64,000 bases of DNA from an uncultured Rhizobium sp. (GCA_964461905.1 CAYWVI010000002.1:661-64660), one strand, 5' to 3'; counted from the stretch's first letter, positions 10,712 to 20,749 are shown. Translations and numbers: made by a program. Notes: a model not told the origin generated them from the sequence alone.

Positions 10712-10750
10712 TGGTCTGGGTTTTTAGCCCAGACCATATTTTTTTATTTT
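10712..10750. terminator. putative bidirectional intrinsic terminator between panB and dnaK
   Basis: TGGTCTGGG (10712-10720) pairs with CCCAGACCA (10728-10736) across a 7-nt loop, followed by a T-rich run on the plus strand. It lies between convergent genes. Confidence 0.6.
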
Positions 10751-12780
10751 TTGTCTTCTTTTACTTCTTCATATTCTGCATCCATAACTTTTTCTGAAGA
10801 AGCAGATTCTTGAGAGTTTTCTTGCTCAGAAGAATTTTCAGATCCAGCAGCAGCTCCATTTGATGCTTGAGAAGCTTTGTAAATTGCCTCACCTAATTTC
10901 ATTGAAGCTTGGATTAATGAATCAGTTGCTGCTTTTAATTCAGCAGCAGAAGCATCCGACTTAGCTGACAAATCTTTTACTTTTTGCACTTCAGCTTCAA
11001 TTGCCAATTTAGTTTCAGAATCAACTTTATCGCCATGTTCTTTCAATGATTTTTCAGTTTCATAAACTGCTGAATCAGCATGGTTTTTGGCTTCAACCAA
11101 TTCTTTCTTAGCTTTGTCAGCCGCAGCATTTTCTTCTGCATCTTTTACCATTTTTTGAATTTCTGCATCCGACAAACCACCAGAAGACTGAATTCTAATT
11201 TGTTGCTCTTTGTTGGTTGCCTTGTCTTTTGCCGAAACTTTTACCACGCCGTTAGAATCGATGTCGAAAATAACTTCGATTTGTGGCAAGCCACGTGGAG
11301 CTGGAGCAATTCCTTCAAGATTAAATTCTCCAAGCAATTTATTGTGAATAGCAATATCGCGCTCGCCTTGGAAAACTTTAATTGTCACTGCAGTTTGATT
11401 ATCAGCAGCAGTTGAAAATACTTGGCTTTTGTTAGTTGGAATCGTGGTATTGCGATCAATCAAACGCGTAAATACACCGCCAGCAGTTTCAATTCCAAGT
11501 GAAAGTGGAGTAACGTCTAAAAGCACAACATCTTTTACATCGCCTTGAAGAACCGCACCTTGAATTGCCGCACCAATTGCCACAACTTCATCAGGATTTA
11601 CACCTTTATTTGGCTCTTTACCAAAGAGTTTTTTTACCGCTTCAATAACTTTTGGCATACGAGTCATACCACCAACCAAGATCACTTCATCAATTTTAGA
11701 AGCATCTAAACCAGCGTCTTGTAAAGCATTTTCACAAGGTTTGATGGTACGCTGAACTAAATCATCAACTAGCTGTTCTAGTTTTGAACGAGTTAATTTA
11801 ACGTTTAAGTGCTTAGGTCCAGTTGCATCCGCTGTAATGTAAGGCAGATTAATCTCGGTTTCTGAAAGGCTTGAAAGTTCAATTTTAGCTTTTTCTGCAG
11901 CTTCTTTTAAACGTTGTAAAGCCATTCTTTTCGCTATCACTCGTTCTTCTTCTTCACGCTTCTTGGCTTCAAGCTTTTCTTCCTCTTCTTTTTTCTTTTG
12001 AGCTTTTTCCTCTTTTTTACGCTGTTTTTCCTCTTCTTCTTTCCGTTTTTGCTCTTTTTTAAATTCTTCGGTTAAGAATTTTAAAATGCGCATATCAAAA
12101 TCTTCACCACCCAAGAAAGTGTCACCATTGGTTGATTTTACTTCAAAAACACCATCGCCGATTTCAAGAATTGAAACGTCGAATGTACCGCCGCCCAAAT
12201 CGTAAACTGCGATTGTTTTATTGCCTTTTTTGTCAAAACCATAAGCAAGTGCGGCTGCTGTTGGCTCGTTGATAATACGCAAAACTTCAAGACCAGCGAT
12301 TTTTCCAGCGTCTTTTGTTGCTTGGCGTTGAGAATCATTAAAATAAGCAGGAACTGTAATTACAGCTTTATCAATTTTTTCACCCAAATAGCTTTCTGCG
12401 GTTTCTTTCATTTTCATCAAAATAAATGCAGAAATTTGGCTTGGAGAAAATTTTTCACCCTTAACTTCAACCCAAGCATCGCCATTGGCTGAAGAAGTAA
12501 TTTTGAATGGAACAAGCTCTTGATCTTTTTTAGTTGTTGGGTCGTCAAATCTACGACCAATTAATCTTTTAATCCCAAAAATTGTATTTTCTGGATTAGT
12601 AACTGCCTGTCTTTTGGCTGACGCACCAACTGCTTTTTCACCGCTTGCCAAAAAGCCAATGATTGAAGGAGTTGTGCGCACACCTTCAGAATTTTCGATT
12701 ACTTTAATATTTCCACCTTCCATGATTGCCACGCAAGAATTGGTGGTTCCAAGGTCAATGCCGATTACTTTATTGCTCAT
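10744..12780 (-). CDS. dnaK: molecular chaperone DnaK (Hsp70) with a K/E-rich insertion
   Basis: Carries [27 protein letters not shown] and [13 protein letters not shown]. At 678 aa it is longer than usual because of a charged insert at aa 245-286. Confidence 0.97.
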   Translation of the reverse strand: MSNKVIGIDLGTTNSCVAIMEGGNIKVIENSEGVRTTPSIIGFLASGEKAVGASAKRQAVTNPENTIFGIKRLIGRRFDDPTTKKDQELVPFKITSSANGDAWVEVKGEKFSPSQISAFILMKMKETAESYLGEKIDKAVITVPAYFNDSQRQATKDAGKIAGLEVLRIINEPTAAALAYGFDKKGNKTIAVYDLGGGTFDVSILEIGDGVFEVKSTNGDTFLGGEDFDMRILKFLTEEFKKEQKRKEEEEKQRKKEEKAQKKKEEEEKLEAKKREEEERVIAKRMALQRLKEAAEKAKIELSSLSETEINLPYITADATGPKHLNVKLTRSKLEQLVDDLVQRTIKPCENALQDAGLDASKIDEVILVGGMTRMPKVIEAVKKLFGKEPNKGVNPDEVVAIGAAIQGAVLQGDVKDVVLLDVTPLSLGIETAGGVFTRLIDRNTTIPTNKSQVFSTAADNQTAVTIKVFQGERDIAIHNKLLGEFNLEGIAPAPRGLPQIEVIFDIDSNGVVKVSAKDKATNKEQQIRIQSSGGLSDAEIQKMVKDAEENAAADKAKKELVEAKNHADSAVYETEKSLKEHGDKVDSETKLAIEAEVQKVKDLSAKSDASAAELKAATDSLIQASMKLGEAIYKASQASNGAAAGSENSSEQENSQESASSEKVMDAEYEEVKEDKK

Positions 12781-12866
12781 GTTTTTGATTTGTTGAAGTT
12801 TGAAAAGAAGTTTGGAAACACCAAACAGAAATTAACTGCTCGCTGATTTAGGAAGGGGTTTTTCAA

Positions 12867-13649
12867 TTACAAGGTTTGCAAGAAATTAAAATGTTCTTTA
12901 ACGTCGTGAACCCTCAGAAAATCTATGTTTTTCTCAATTAAATATTTTGAAATCACCAACGTTTTAGAAGCACGATCGCCGTCAATTTTTATTGCATCTA
13001 AAAAACTTTTTTTTGAATGACCAACATAAAGCGGCAAACCAAATTTTTTAAATTCTTGGATATTTTTTAAGACTCTAATTGATTGTAGCGCGTCTTTACC
13101 AAAGCCAATTCCTACATCGAAAATTAGTTGCGATTTTTTGACATTTTTTTTCTCAAGATGCGCAATTTTTTTTTCGCCCCAATTTAACATTTCACCAATC
13201 AAATTAATGTTACGATTTATCACAGAGCCTTCAACTGCAGGGATTTTTTCGTGATGCATTAAAATTGTTTCAACATTTTTTGCGGCAATAAAATCAACAA
13301 TTCTTTCATCGTCTAAACCTTTAACATCATTAATAATATCAACGCCCATTTCATGTGCCTTTACTAGGTTTTCAAAGTGATAAGAATCGATGCTGGTTTT
13401 TATTTTTTTTGGCGATTTTTTTACTGCTAAAACCACTGCTGACAAAATTTTCTCTAACCTTTGCCATTCTTCTTGTGACGTAATTGGTGTTGCCTGTGGA
13501 CGAGTTGACTCAGCTCCAATATCAATTATTTCTGCACCATCAACAATCATTTTTTGAGTTTGAATAATTGCATTTTCTAAAGAATTAAATTTTCCACCAT
13601 CAGAAAATGAATCGGGCGTAAGATTTAGAATTCCAACAATTTTGGTCAT
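12867..13649 (-). CDS. folP: dihydropteroate synthase
   Basis: 260 aa with GILNLTPDSFSDGG, IIDIGAESTRP, SIDS and GHSKKSF motifs. Confidence 0.9.
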   Translation of the reverse strand: MTKIVGILNLTPDSFSDGGKFNSLENAIIQTQKMIVDGAEIIDIGAESTRPQATPITSQEEWQRLEKILSAVVLAVKKSPKKIKTSIDSYHFENLVKAHEMGVDIINDVKGLDDERIVDFIAAKNVETILMHHEKIPAVEGSVINRNINLIGEMLNWGEKKIAHLEKKNVKKSQLIFDVGIGFGKDALQSIRVLKNIQEFKKFGLPLYVGHSKKSFLDAIKIDGDRASKTLVISKYLIEKNIDFLRVHDVKEHFNFLQTL

Positions 13650-13678
13650 TTAATTTAAAGTAAGTTTTTAAATTTCTC

Positions 13679-13946
13679 TGAATTGTTCCTTGCGGCAATG
13701 AAGATGGGGGAAAGTTCAAATTTAAACTTTTGCATTTCCCTGAATTGTTCCTTGCCGAAAACGCACGTTTGGGTGCGACAACGAAGATGGGGGAAAGTTC
13801 AAATTTAAACTTTGCATTTCCCTGAATTGTTCCTTGCCGAAAACGCACGTTTGGGTGCGACAACGAAGATGGGGGAAAGTTCAAATTTAAACTTTGCATT
13901 TCCCTGAATTGTTCCTTGCCGAAAACGCACGTTTGGGTGCGTTTTC
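13679..13946. repeat. 82-bp tandem repeat array, ~3.5 copies, each full unit carrying a hairpin module
   Basis: Two identical 82-bp units lie at 13741-13822 and 13823-13904. A 62-bp short copy (13679-13740) has the 27-bp module CGAAAACGCACGTTTGGGTGCGACAAC replaced by GGCAAT. A partial copy (13905-13946) ends in the perfect hairpin GAAAACGCAC-GTTTGG-GTGCGTTTTC, which abuts the pstA stop. Confidence 0.95.
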
Positions 13947-15164
13947 TCACCATTTTCTTTCGAATTTTTTGCGGAGGATCACAGCAATTAAATTGAAAAT
14001 AATCAAAAACCCTAAAAGCACTAAAATAGCTGCCGCTGTTTTTTCAGCAAAACCCATTTCTGGAGAATCTGACCACAAATAAATTTGCACTGGCAAAACT
14101 GTTGTTGGATCAGAAAAATTTTGTGGAATATCTGCAATAAAAGCCACCATGCCAATCATCAAAAGCGGCGCGGTTTCACCAAGTGCGCGCGACACAGCAA
14201 GAATTGTTCCCGTCATAATCCCCGGAATTGAAAGTGGAAAAAGATGATGCAAAGTAATTTGCATTTTTGATGCACCAAGTGCTGCCGCACCATCACGAAT
14301 TGAACTTGGAATTGTGCGAATTGTGTTGCGCGTAGCAATAATAATTACTGGCAAAACTAACATGAACAGCGTTGCTCCGCCAACTAAACTTGATGAGCGT
14401 GGTAAATTCATTATTTGTAGATACACAGTTAATCCAAGCAATCCGTAGATAATTGAAGGAATTGCCGCCAAGTTATTAATGCTAATTTCAATGATGTCGG
14501 TAACACGATTTTTTGGTGCAAATTCTTCTAAATAAAAAGCGCACATTACACCAATTGGAAAGGCAAAACTTAAGAATATTAACATAACCAAAATTGAACC
14601 AGCCAAACCAGCACCAATTCCAGCAATTTCTGGCTCGCGAGAATCGGCAAATTGAAAAAATTTCCAATTAAAAACTGTGCGTAATTGTTTTTGCGACTGC
14701 AAATTTTCTAACCAAGAAACTTGTTTTTCATTAAGCGAAGAGTTGTCTTTATATTTAAAAAACATGTCTGCTTTTGACGAAGCACTGAGCCAAATAAGAG
14801 ATTTTTCTCCCAATAATTCTGGTTTTTTTTCAACCTGTTTTTTCAAATCCAAGTTGGCAACTTTGCTAATAATTTGGTAAAGAGAGTTAATTTCGGCAAC
14901 CTCAACAACCTCTGGAAACTGCGCCTTTAAAGCTGATTTAACTGCTTGACGAAAATCAACTTCTTGCAAATTTTTTTCCGCGCTTAAATCAACTTCTAAA
15001 GCAATTTCTGTGCGCAAAAACGCACCACTACTTTTGTTTAAAATCATTCCAAAAAGCATCACTAAAAAAAACAAAGCAAAGGCAATTGAAGACTTTCCTA
15101 ATAACCTAAACCTAGTTTCAGCAGAATGTCTTTGTTTTAAATTTTTAATTTTTGTTTTTTGCAT
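13947..15164 (-). CDS. pstA: phosphate ABC transporter permease PstA (long form)
   Basis: 405 aa. It has an N-terminal TM segment plus an extracytoplasmic insert, and a C-terminal BPD-transporter core with the EAA-type loop ALGASKMQ... Confidence 0.88.
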   Translation of the reverse strand: MQKTKIKNLKQRHSAETRFRLLGKSSIAFALFFLVMLFGMILNKSSGAFLRTEIALEVDLSAEKNLQEVDFRQAVKSALKAQFPEVVEVAEINSLYQIISKVANLDLKKQVEKKPELLGEKSLIWLSASSKADMFFKYKDNSSLNEKQVSWLENLQSQKQLRTVFNWKFFQFADSREPEIAGIGAGLAGSILVMLIFLSFAFPIGVMCAFYLEEFAPKNRVTDIIEISINNLAAIPSIIYGLLGLTVYLQIMNLPRSSSLVGGATLFMLVLPVIIIATRNTIRTIPSSIRDGAAALGASKMQITLHHLFPLSIPGIMTGTILAVSRALGETAPLLMIGMVAFIADIPQNFSDPTTVLPVQIYLWSDSPEMGFAEKTAAAILVLLGFLIIFNLIAVILRKKFERKW

Positions 15165-15179
15165 TTTTTAAAAAAAAAT

Positions 15180-16379
15180 TTACCCATATTTCTTCTTGTA
15201 ATTTTTAATCACTACCAAAGCCACAACGTTGAAAATAAAGGTGAAAACGAAGAGGGTTAAAGCTAGGGCAAAAGCTGCCAAAGTTTTTGGGCTATTAAAT
15301 TCTTGGTCGCCAACAAGCAAAGTAACAATTTGCGCTGTTGCAGTTGTTACAGAATCTAAAGGATTAAAAGACAGTTTTGCTACCAAACCCGCCGCCATTA
15401 CAACAATCATGGTTTCACCAATCGCGCGTGATACAGCCAAAATTATTGCACCAATAATTGAAGGCATTGCCGAAGGTAAAACCACTTTTTTTATTGTTTC
15501 AGATTTAGTGCTACCAAGTGCTAAAGCACCGTCTTTTAACGCTTGCGGCACGCTGTTTAAAGCATCATCGGTTAAAGATAAAATAAATGGAATAATCATC
15601 ACGCCCATTACAAAGCCAGCTGCTAAAGCACTTTCTGAGGCAATTTCAAAACCCATTGATGAAAAAATAGTTTTGAAAAACGGTGCGATTGTAATCACCG
15701 CAAAATAGCCGTAAACAACGGTTGGAACTCCAGCTAAAATTTCTAAAATTGGCTTTAAATAATCGCGGGTTTTTGCTTTCGCATAAAGGCATAAATAAAT
15801 TGCCGCCATTATTCCAATTGGTACTGCAACTGACATGGCGATTAAAGTAATCAACAAAGTTCCCAAAAAAACTGGAACAATTCCAAAAGCACTTTGACCA
15901 ACTTCTTGTTCTGCCGTTGTTGCAGTTTGCGGATTCCAAACTGTGCCGAACAAAAATTCAAAAGGAGAAATAATGTTAAAAAAACGCAATGCTTCAAATA
16001 AAATTGAAGCCGTAATTGCAATAGTAATTAAAATTCCAATTCCTGCGGTGATTGACAAAACAAAAGTTCCCGCTTTTTCAATATGTTTTTTGGAATTAAA
16101 ATTTTTAAGATAAAGAAAGCGTGCAAAGAAAAAACTCCCCAAAGACAAAACAGCTATTAATAAACCTTTAGAAAAAGAAGAAAAAGAAGAAGAAATAATT
16201 ACAATTAAACAAATCAAAGACCACAAAACAAAACAATAAACGTAATGGATTGGCAAAGATGTTAAACGTAATTTTTTGTTACTTTTAATTTGCGCCTCGC
16301 GATACAAAGAACTAATATTCTTTTGCAAAAAAAGTGACAAAACCGCAATTAGAACTAAGCAGAAAATTATAAAATTCAT
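15180..16379 (-). CDS. pstC: phosphate ABC transporter permease PstC
   Basis: 399 aa, multi-TM, with GALALGSTKSETIKKVVLP (EAA loop) and FGIVPVFLGTL typical of PstC. It lies directly upstream of pstA. Confidence 0.88.
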   Translation of the reverse strand: MNFIIFCLVLIAVLSLFLQKNISSLYREAQIKSNKKLRLTSLPIHYVYCFVLWSLICLIVIISSSFSSFSKGLLIAVLSLGSFFFARFLYLKNFNSKKHIEKAGTFVLSITAGIGILITIAITASILFEALRFFNIISPFEFLFGTVWNPQTATTAEQEVGQSAFGIVPVFLGTLLITLIAMSVAVPIGIMAAIYLCLYAKAKTRDYLKPILEILAGVPTVVYGYFAVITIAPFFKTIFSSMGFEIASESALAAGFVMGVMIIPFILSLTDDALNSVPQALKDGALALGSTKSETIKKVVLPSAMPSIIGAIILAVSRAIGETMIVVMAAGLVAKLSFNPLDSVTTATAQIVTLLVGDQEFNSPKTLAAFALALTLFVFTFIFNVVALVVIKNYKKKYG

Positions 16380-17124
16380 GAATCAAATTATGAAAAAAAT
16401 TAGACTCTTCGTCGAAGAAAATAAAATAGAAATTGGTTCAAAAATAAAAATCGCCGACAGCGATTTTGAATATTTAACAAAAGTAATGCGCCAAAAAATT
16501 GGCGGAGAAATTTTTTTATTTAACGGCTTAGATGGCGAATTTAAGGCTAGTATCACTCAAATTGAAAGAAAATTTTTAGTTGCCGAAATTTTACAAAAAA
16601 CTTCTGATCTTAAAAAAATCGCCAACATCACTCTAGCTTTTGCGCCAGTAAAAAATGTGCGCATTGATTTTGTAGCCGCAAAAGCAACGGAACTTGGAAT
16701 TGCAAGATTTCAACCAATTTTAACTCAACATACAATTGTTGATAAAATTAATATTGAACGCTTCAAAGCCAATATCAAAGAAGCTTGCGAACAATGCGAA
16801 AGAAACGATTTTCCTCAAGTTTTAGAAATCAAAAAATTAGATAAATTTTTAACTGAAAATCAAAACTCTCAAAAAATTTTTATACTTTGTGATGAATCAG
16901 GGCAGGCAAAAAAAGCCAGCGAGGTTTTAAGCAAAATTCAAAAATCAAACTTAGAAATTGTGATTTTAGTTGGGCCAGAAGGTGGATTTTCTGCAAATGA
17001 ATTTGCCAAAATGCGTTCTTTAAAAAATCTTTTTGCAATTTCTTTGGGCCCAAGAATTTTGCGTGCCGACACAGCAATTGTTTCAGCAATAACTTTAGTT
17101 CAAGAATTTTTAGGAGATTTTTAG
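16378..17124 (+). CDS. rsmE: 16S rRNA (uracil1498-N3)-methyltransferase
   Basis: Carries an IRLFVEE start region, RVMR-like KVMRQKIGGEIFLFNG, and VGPEGGFSANE plus LGPRILRADTA (SPOUT knot). The start could be 16378 or 16390; the longer ORF start at 16276 lies inside pstC. Confidence 0.85.
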   Translation: MNQIMKKIRLFVEENKIEIGSKIKIADSDFEYLTKVMRQKIGGEIFLFNGLDGEFKASITQIERKFLVAEILQKTSDLKKIANITLAFAPVKNVRIDFVAAKATELGIARFQPILTQHTIVDKINIERFKANIKEACEQCERNDFPQVLEIKKLDKFLTENQNSQKIFILCDESGQAKKASEVLSKIQKSNLEIVILVGPEGGFSANEFAKMRSLKNLFAISLGPRILRADTAIVSAITLVQEFLGDF

Positions 17125-17613
17125 ATGAAAAAATTAGTATTTACACTTTGCCTATTTTTAACATTTTTTTCTGCTAACGCCGAAGAAAAAAATATTTATC
17201 CAAAACTTGCTGGCAAAGCTTTAGATGGAAAGAATTTTGATTTAGCAGATTTTCGTAACAAAGTTATTATCGTAAATTTTTGGGCAAGTTGGTGCATTGA
17301 TTGTCGCAAAGAATTGCCAATTTTGGATGAAATTTATGAAGAATATAAAACACGCGGCATTGAAATTATTGGCGTTAGCACTGATCACAAAAGAAGTCGC
17401 TCAAAAGTTTTTGAAATTGCAGCAAAAATTAAATATCCCAATTTGCTTTCGGATGATTTGAAAGAAAATTCTTTTCCAGAAATTGAATTTTTGCCAACCG
17501 CTTACTTGCTGGATAAAAATGGAAAATTAATTGGTGAAATTGGTAACGATGCCAACTTAGCCAAAAAACAAATTTTTGAAGATGCTTTAAATGCAGCCTT
17601 AAAAGGAAATTAA
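17125..17613 (+). CDS. TlpA-like periplasmic thiol:disulfide oxidoreductase
   Basis: Signal peptide MKKLVFTLCLFLTFFSANA, redox motif FWASWCIDC (CxxC), and a thioredoxin fold of the right length (162 aa). Confidence 0.8.
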   Translation: MKKLVFTLCLFLTFFSANAEEKNIYPKLAGKALDGKNFDLADFRNKVIIVNFWASWCIDCRKELPILDEIYEEYKTRGIEIIGVSTDHKRSRSKVFEIAAKIKYPNLLSDDLKENSFPEIEFLPTAYLLDKNGKLIGEIGNDANLAKKQIFEDALNAALKGN

Positions 17614-18392
17614 TTTGCCGAGATTGCCTGAACTGCCACCAAAGTTCTTGAATCCGATTTAATATTTTTAGTGCTTTGAACTATGATTTCTTTTAGTCTT
17701 TCGTCAATATCTACAAGGTTTTCTAAAATTTGTTTCGGATCATAAATTTCTTCATTTACAACAGAAAAACCGGCCTTTTCAACTTTCTCTAAATTAATAA
17801 CTTCAAAATCCATTTTGCTAATATCTGCCAATAAATCTGCTGTTTCTAAATGCTTTGTAACCATATCTATTCCGCCTTGTGGAAAATTTGCACCTTGTTT
17901 TGTTAAATAGAGAGTTTCGATATTTTTTCTAATTTCTAACAATTGTTTGGTTTTGTTGTAAGCCTCTCTATTTCTTTTGCGACAAAGTGTTATCTGCTCT
18001 TTTATTTGATGATGCAAATTTAATCTTTGTTTTATTTCTAAACGCTTGGCAGCAATTTTATTCTTCACCTCTTTGTGTAAACTTATGTCAGCTTCCAGCT
18101 CTTCTTTTTCATAAAAACTAAAATTTTTTATTGGTTTTAAAAAACTTTTAGAAATCTGCTCCGCTTCAGAAATTTCATCTTTTTGCTTAACGCTTGACCA
18201 TTTTTCAACTCGACTAAGATTTCTAATATCGCTTACCAAAAACCAAGCTTCACTTTTGGTAGTAATTACATCTTTTCTAAAAAGCAGATATTGAGTGAAT
18301 GATTTTTTTTCAGTTTCCGATAAATCTTGTGAATAAACTGCCTGAGACATCAAAACCAAAAATAAAAAGCTACGAAATATTAGTGAGGTCAT
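17610..18392 (-). CDS. hypothetical secreted coiled-coil protein
   Basis: 260 aa with signal peptide MTSLIFRSFLFLVLMSQAVYS. The remainder is charged and helical, with no recognisable family. Confidence 0.5.
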   Translation of the reverse strand: MTSLIFRSFLFLVLMSQAVYSQDLSETEKKSFTQYLLFRKDVITTKSEAWFLVSDIRNLSRVEKWSSVKQKDEISEAEQISKSFLKPIKNFSFYEKEELEADISLHKEVKNKIAAKRLEIKQRLNLHHQIKEQITLCRKRNREAYNKTKQLLEIRKNIETLYLTKQGANFPQGGIDMVTKHLETADLLADISKMDFEVINLEKVEKAGFSVVNEEIYDPKQILENLVDIDERLKEIIVQSTKNIKSDSRTLVAVQAISAN

Positions 18393-18476
18393 TTTTTTGT
18401 TAAAAATTTTAGTTTTATTTTTTCAAAATAACTTTAAGCAGAATTTTTATTTTCCTAACAAATTAAAATCCATTTT

Positions 18477-19667
18477 ATGCTAGAATCTTACCCTTTAGTC
18501 ACCACCGTTGTCATAAGTATTGTTTTAGCTTTTTTATTTGGCTTGATAGCAAATCGCTTAAAACTACCCACGATTTTAGGATATTTAATTGCTGGCATAA
18601 TAATTGGACCAAATACGCCGGGCTTTGTTGCAAATATTAATATAGCTGAACAACTTGCTGAAATTGGCGTTATTTTATTGATGTTTGGTGTTGGGTTGCA
18701 CTTTTCTATTAAAGATCTTCAATCAGTTAAAAAAATTGCTATTCCGGGTGCCATAGTTCAAATGCTGGTCACCTGCTTTTTATGCTTAGTTGTTGCTATG
18801 TCTCTAAATCATGGCTTTATCGAAAGTTTAGTTTTTGGTGTTACGCTTTCTGTTGCCAGCACCGTTGTTTTGCTCCGAACTTTAGAGCAATATAAATTAA
18901 CCGATAGTCACATTGGTAAAGTTGCAATTGGCTGGTTGATTATTGAAGACATTGCAATGGTCGTAATATTGGTTTTATTACCAGTAATATATAGCATGAT
19001 GGCAGATAAAGCCTCCTTAGATTTTTACAAAATCTTTAAATTGATTATCCTAGTGGTTTTCAAGGTTATAGCTTTCTTGATGTTGATGGTAATATTTGGT
19101 AAAAAGCTATTGCCACGCTTGCTTGTAACAATCTCTAAAACCGAATCTCATGAGTTAATGGTTTTGGGAACAATTGCTATTTCTTCAGGATTTGCATTTT
19201 TGGCCTACACAGTTTTTGGCACTTCTTTTGCTCTTGGAGCCTTCATGGCTGGGTTTGTTTTAAATGAAAGTAGCATTGGCCGAAAATATGCTGACAAATC
19301 TTTAGCCTTACGTGACTTATTCGCAGTCTTATTTTTTGTTGCTACAGGAATGTTGTTTAATCCAAAAATCTTATTGCAAGAACCAGTACTAATTCTTGTC
19401 GCTTTTTTATTAGTAACTCTTGGAAAGTTGTTAATTACTTATTTCATCATGAAACTCTTTCGCCAAGAACAACGCAATTCCTTGTTGTTAGCAGCAAGCT
19501 TAGCACAAATTGGAGAATTCTCCTTCATCTTAGCAGCTCTTTCTTTAAAATTAGGAATTTTCTCAACAATTATTTACGACATGGTAATCGCCAGTGCCAT
19601 CATCTCAATTGCCCTAAATCCATTTTTGTTTAAAATGGCAAAACTTATGCGCACTAAAAAGTCTTAG
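18477..19667 (+). CDS. cation:proton antiporter (CPA2/Kef-type membrane domain, no KTN domain)
   Basis: 396 aa with ~12 TM segments. LPTILGYLIAGIIIGP and LLMFGVGLHFS are typical of the Na_H_Exchanger family. Confidence 0.8.
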   Translation: MLESYPLVTTVVISIVLAFLFGLIANRLKLPTILGYLIAGIIIGPNTPGFVANINIAEQLAEIGVILLMFGVGLHFSIKDLQSVKKIAIPGAIVQMLVTCFLCLVVAMSLNHGFIESLVFGVTLSVASTVVLLRTLEQYKLTDSHIGKVAIGWLIIEDIAMVVILVLLPVIYSMMADKASLDFYKIFKLIILVVFKVIAFLMLMVIFGKKLLPRLLVTISKTESHELMVLGTIAISSGFAFLAYTVFGTSFALGAFMAGFVLNESSIGRKYADKSLALRDLFAVLFFVATGMLFNPKILLQEPVLILVAFLLVTLGKLLITYFIMKLFRQEQRNSLLLAASLAQIGEFSFILAALSLKLGIFSTIIYDMVIASAIISIALNPFLFKMAKLMRTKKS

Positions 19668-19847
19668 GTTTTTATCTTCATTTATGTCGTCCATATTCAC
19701 CAAAAATTTAGCTTTTAAAAGCGGTTATTCATACAAGCCCTTTGCTAACCAGATCTTTTTTTTAGGTTAGAGTTGCTTTTTAAGAAAAGTTCAAAAAATG
19801 CAGTGCGTTCTCATTCGGGTGATATTTTTTGCGAACTTTTAAAAATT

Positions 19848-20741
19848 TTACTTCTGTTGAAGCAGATCGTTTGTTATCCAATTGGTAAAATCTCTTATCT
19901 TCACCATGTGGGATTGTTGTTTCTGGCTAATTAAATAATAGCTATAACCGCTTTTAAATTCTTCATTTATAACCTGTTTTAGCTGACCATTTTGCAACTC
20001 ATTTATCACTAAAAATTTTGGCACCAAAGCAATTCCTAACCCATTTTTTGCGGCATTAATTAACATAAAAAAATGCTGATATCCATCACTAAAATCGATT
20101 TCGGGTTTTTGGATTTTATGATGTTTGAAAAAATCTTGCCAAAGATTGGTGCGATTGTTGTGTAGTAGCAAATCATGGTTCAATAACTCTTTTACATTTT
20201 GCAAGGGTGATTCGATGAATTTTGGTGAAGCAATACAGATCAACTCTTCTTTGATCAAAAGTTTAACCACAAAATTTTTCCAAGAATTTTTTTTAGCAAT
20301 ACGAATTGAAAAATCGATGTTGTCACGCTTGTCAAAATCAAGATGGCTGTCACCAATAAAAATATTAATTTTGTATTCTGGATTTTGGGCTTTGAACTCT
20401 TTGATTTTGGAGATTAACCATTGATTGCTGAGTGAAGGCAACACACTGATATTGATCACTTCTTTTTCACTTTTATTTGCCAATTTAGCACTTGATTTCT
20501 CGATAATCTGCAATGCCGCATCAATCGATTTCAAATATTGCTTTGCAGGTTTTGTTAGCAGCAAACTCTGATGTTTTCTCTCAAATAAATTAATTCCTAA
20601 ATAATCTTCTAAAACGGCAATTTGTCTGCTAACAGCACCTTGAGTAACATTAAGTTCAACCGCAGCTTTGGTAAAACTTTGATGCTTTGCTGCAGCTGAA
20701 AATGCTTTAATTGAGTTTAGCGGAGGAAGTTTTTTTGTCAT
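19848..20741 (-). CDS. LysR-family transcriptional regulator (GcvA-like)
   Basis: N-terminal LPPLNSIKAFSAAAKHQSFTKAAVELNVTQGAVSRQIAVLE wHTH plus a LysR substrate-binding domain. It is divergent from a DUF2798/phzF pair. Confidence 0.9.
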   Translation of the reverse strand: MTKKLPPLNSIKAFSAAAKHQSFTKAAVELNVTQGAVSRQIAVLEDYLGINLFERKHQSLLLTKPAKQYLKSIDAALQIIEKSSAKLANKSEKEVINISVLPSLSNQWLISKIKEFKAQNPEYKINIFIGDSHLDFDKRDNIDFSIRIAKKNSWKNFVVKLLIKEELICIASPKFIESPLQNVKELLNHDLLLHNNRTNLWQDFFKHHKIQKPEIDFSDGYQHFFMLINAAKNGLGIALVPKFLVINELQNGQLKQVINEEFKSGYSYYLISQKQQSHMVKIRDFTNWITNDLLQQK

Positions 20742-20749
20742 AAATACGC

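Noticed and set aside
11080-12796. Antisense ORFs inside dnaK (11080-11415, 12614-12796) and an alternative-frame ORF on the dnaK strand (12138-12338)
   Set aside because: These are shadow ORFs on the opposite strand or in the wrong frame of a strongly conserved gene. Their products are low-complexity.
13600-13953. 117-aa minus-strand ORF with an internally repeated peptide (SLNLNFPPSSL...)
   Set aside because: It is simply the translation of the 82-bp tandem repeat array. It overlaps the folP 5' end and has no protein-like features.
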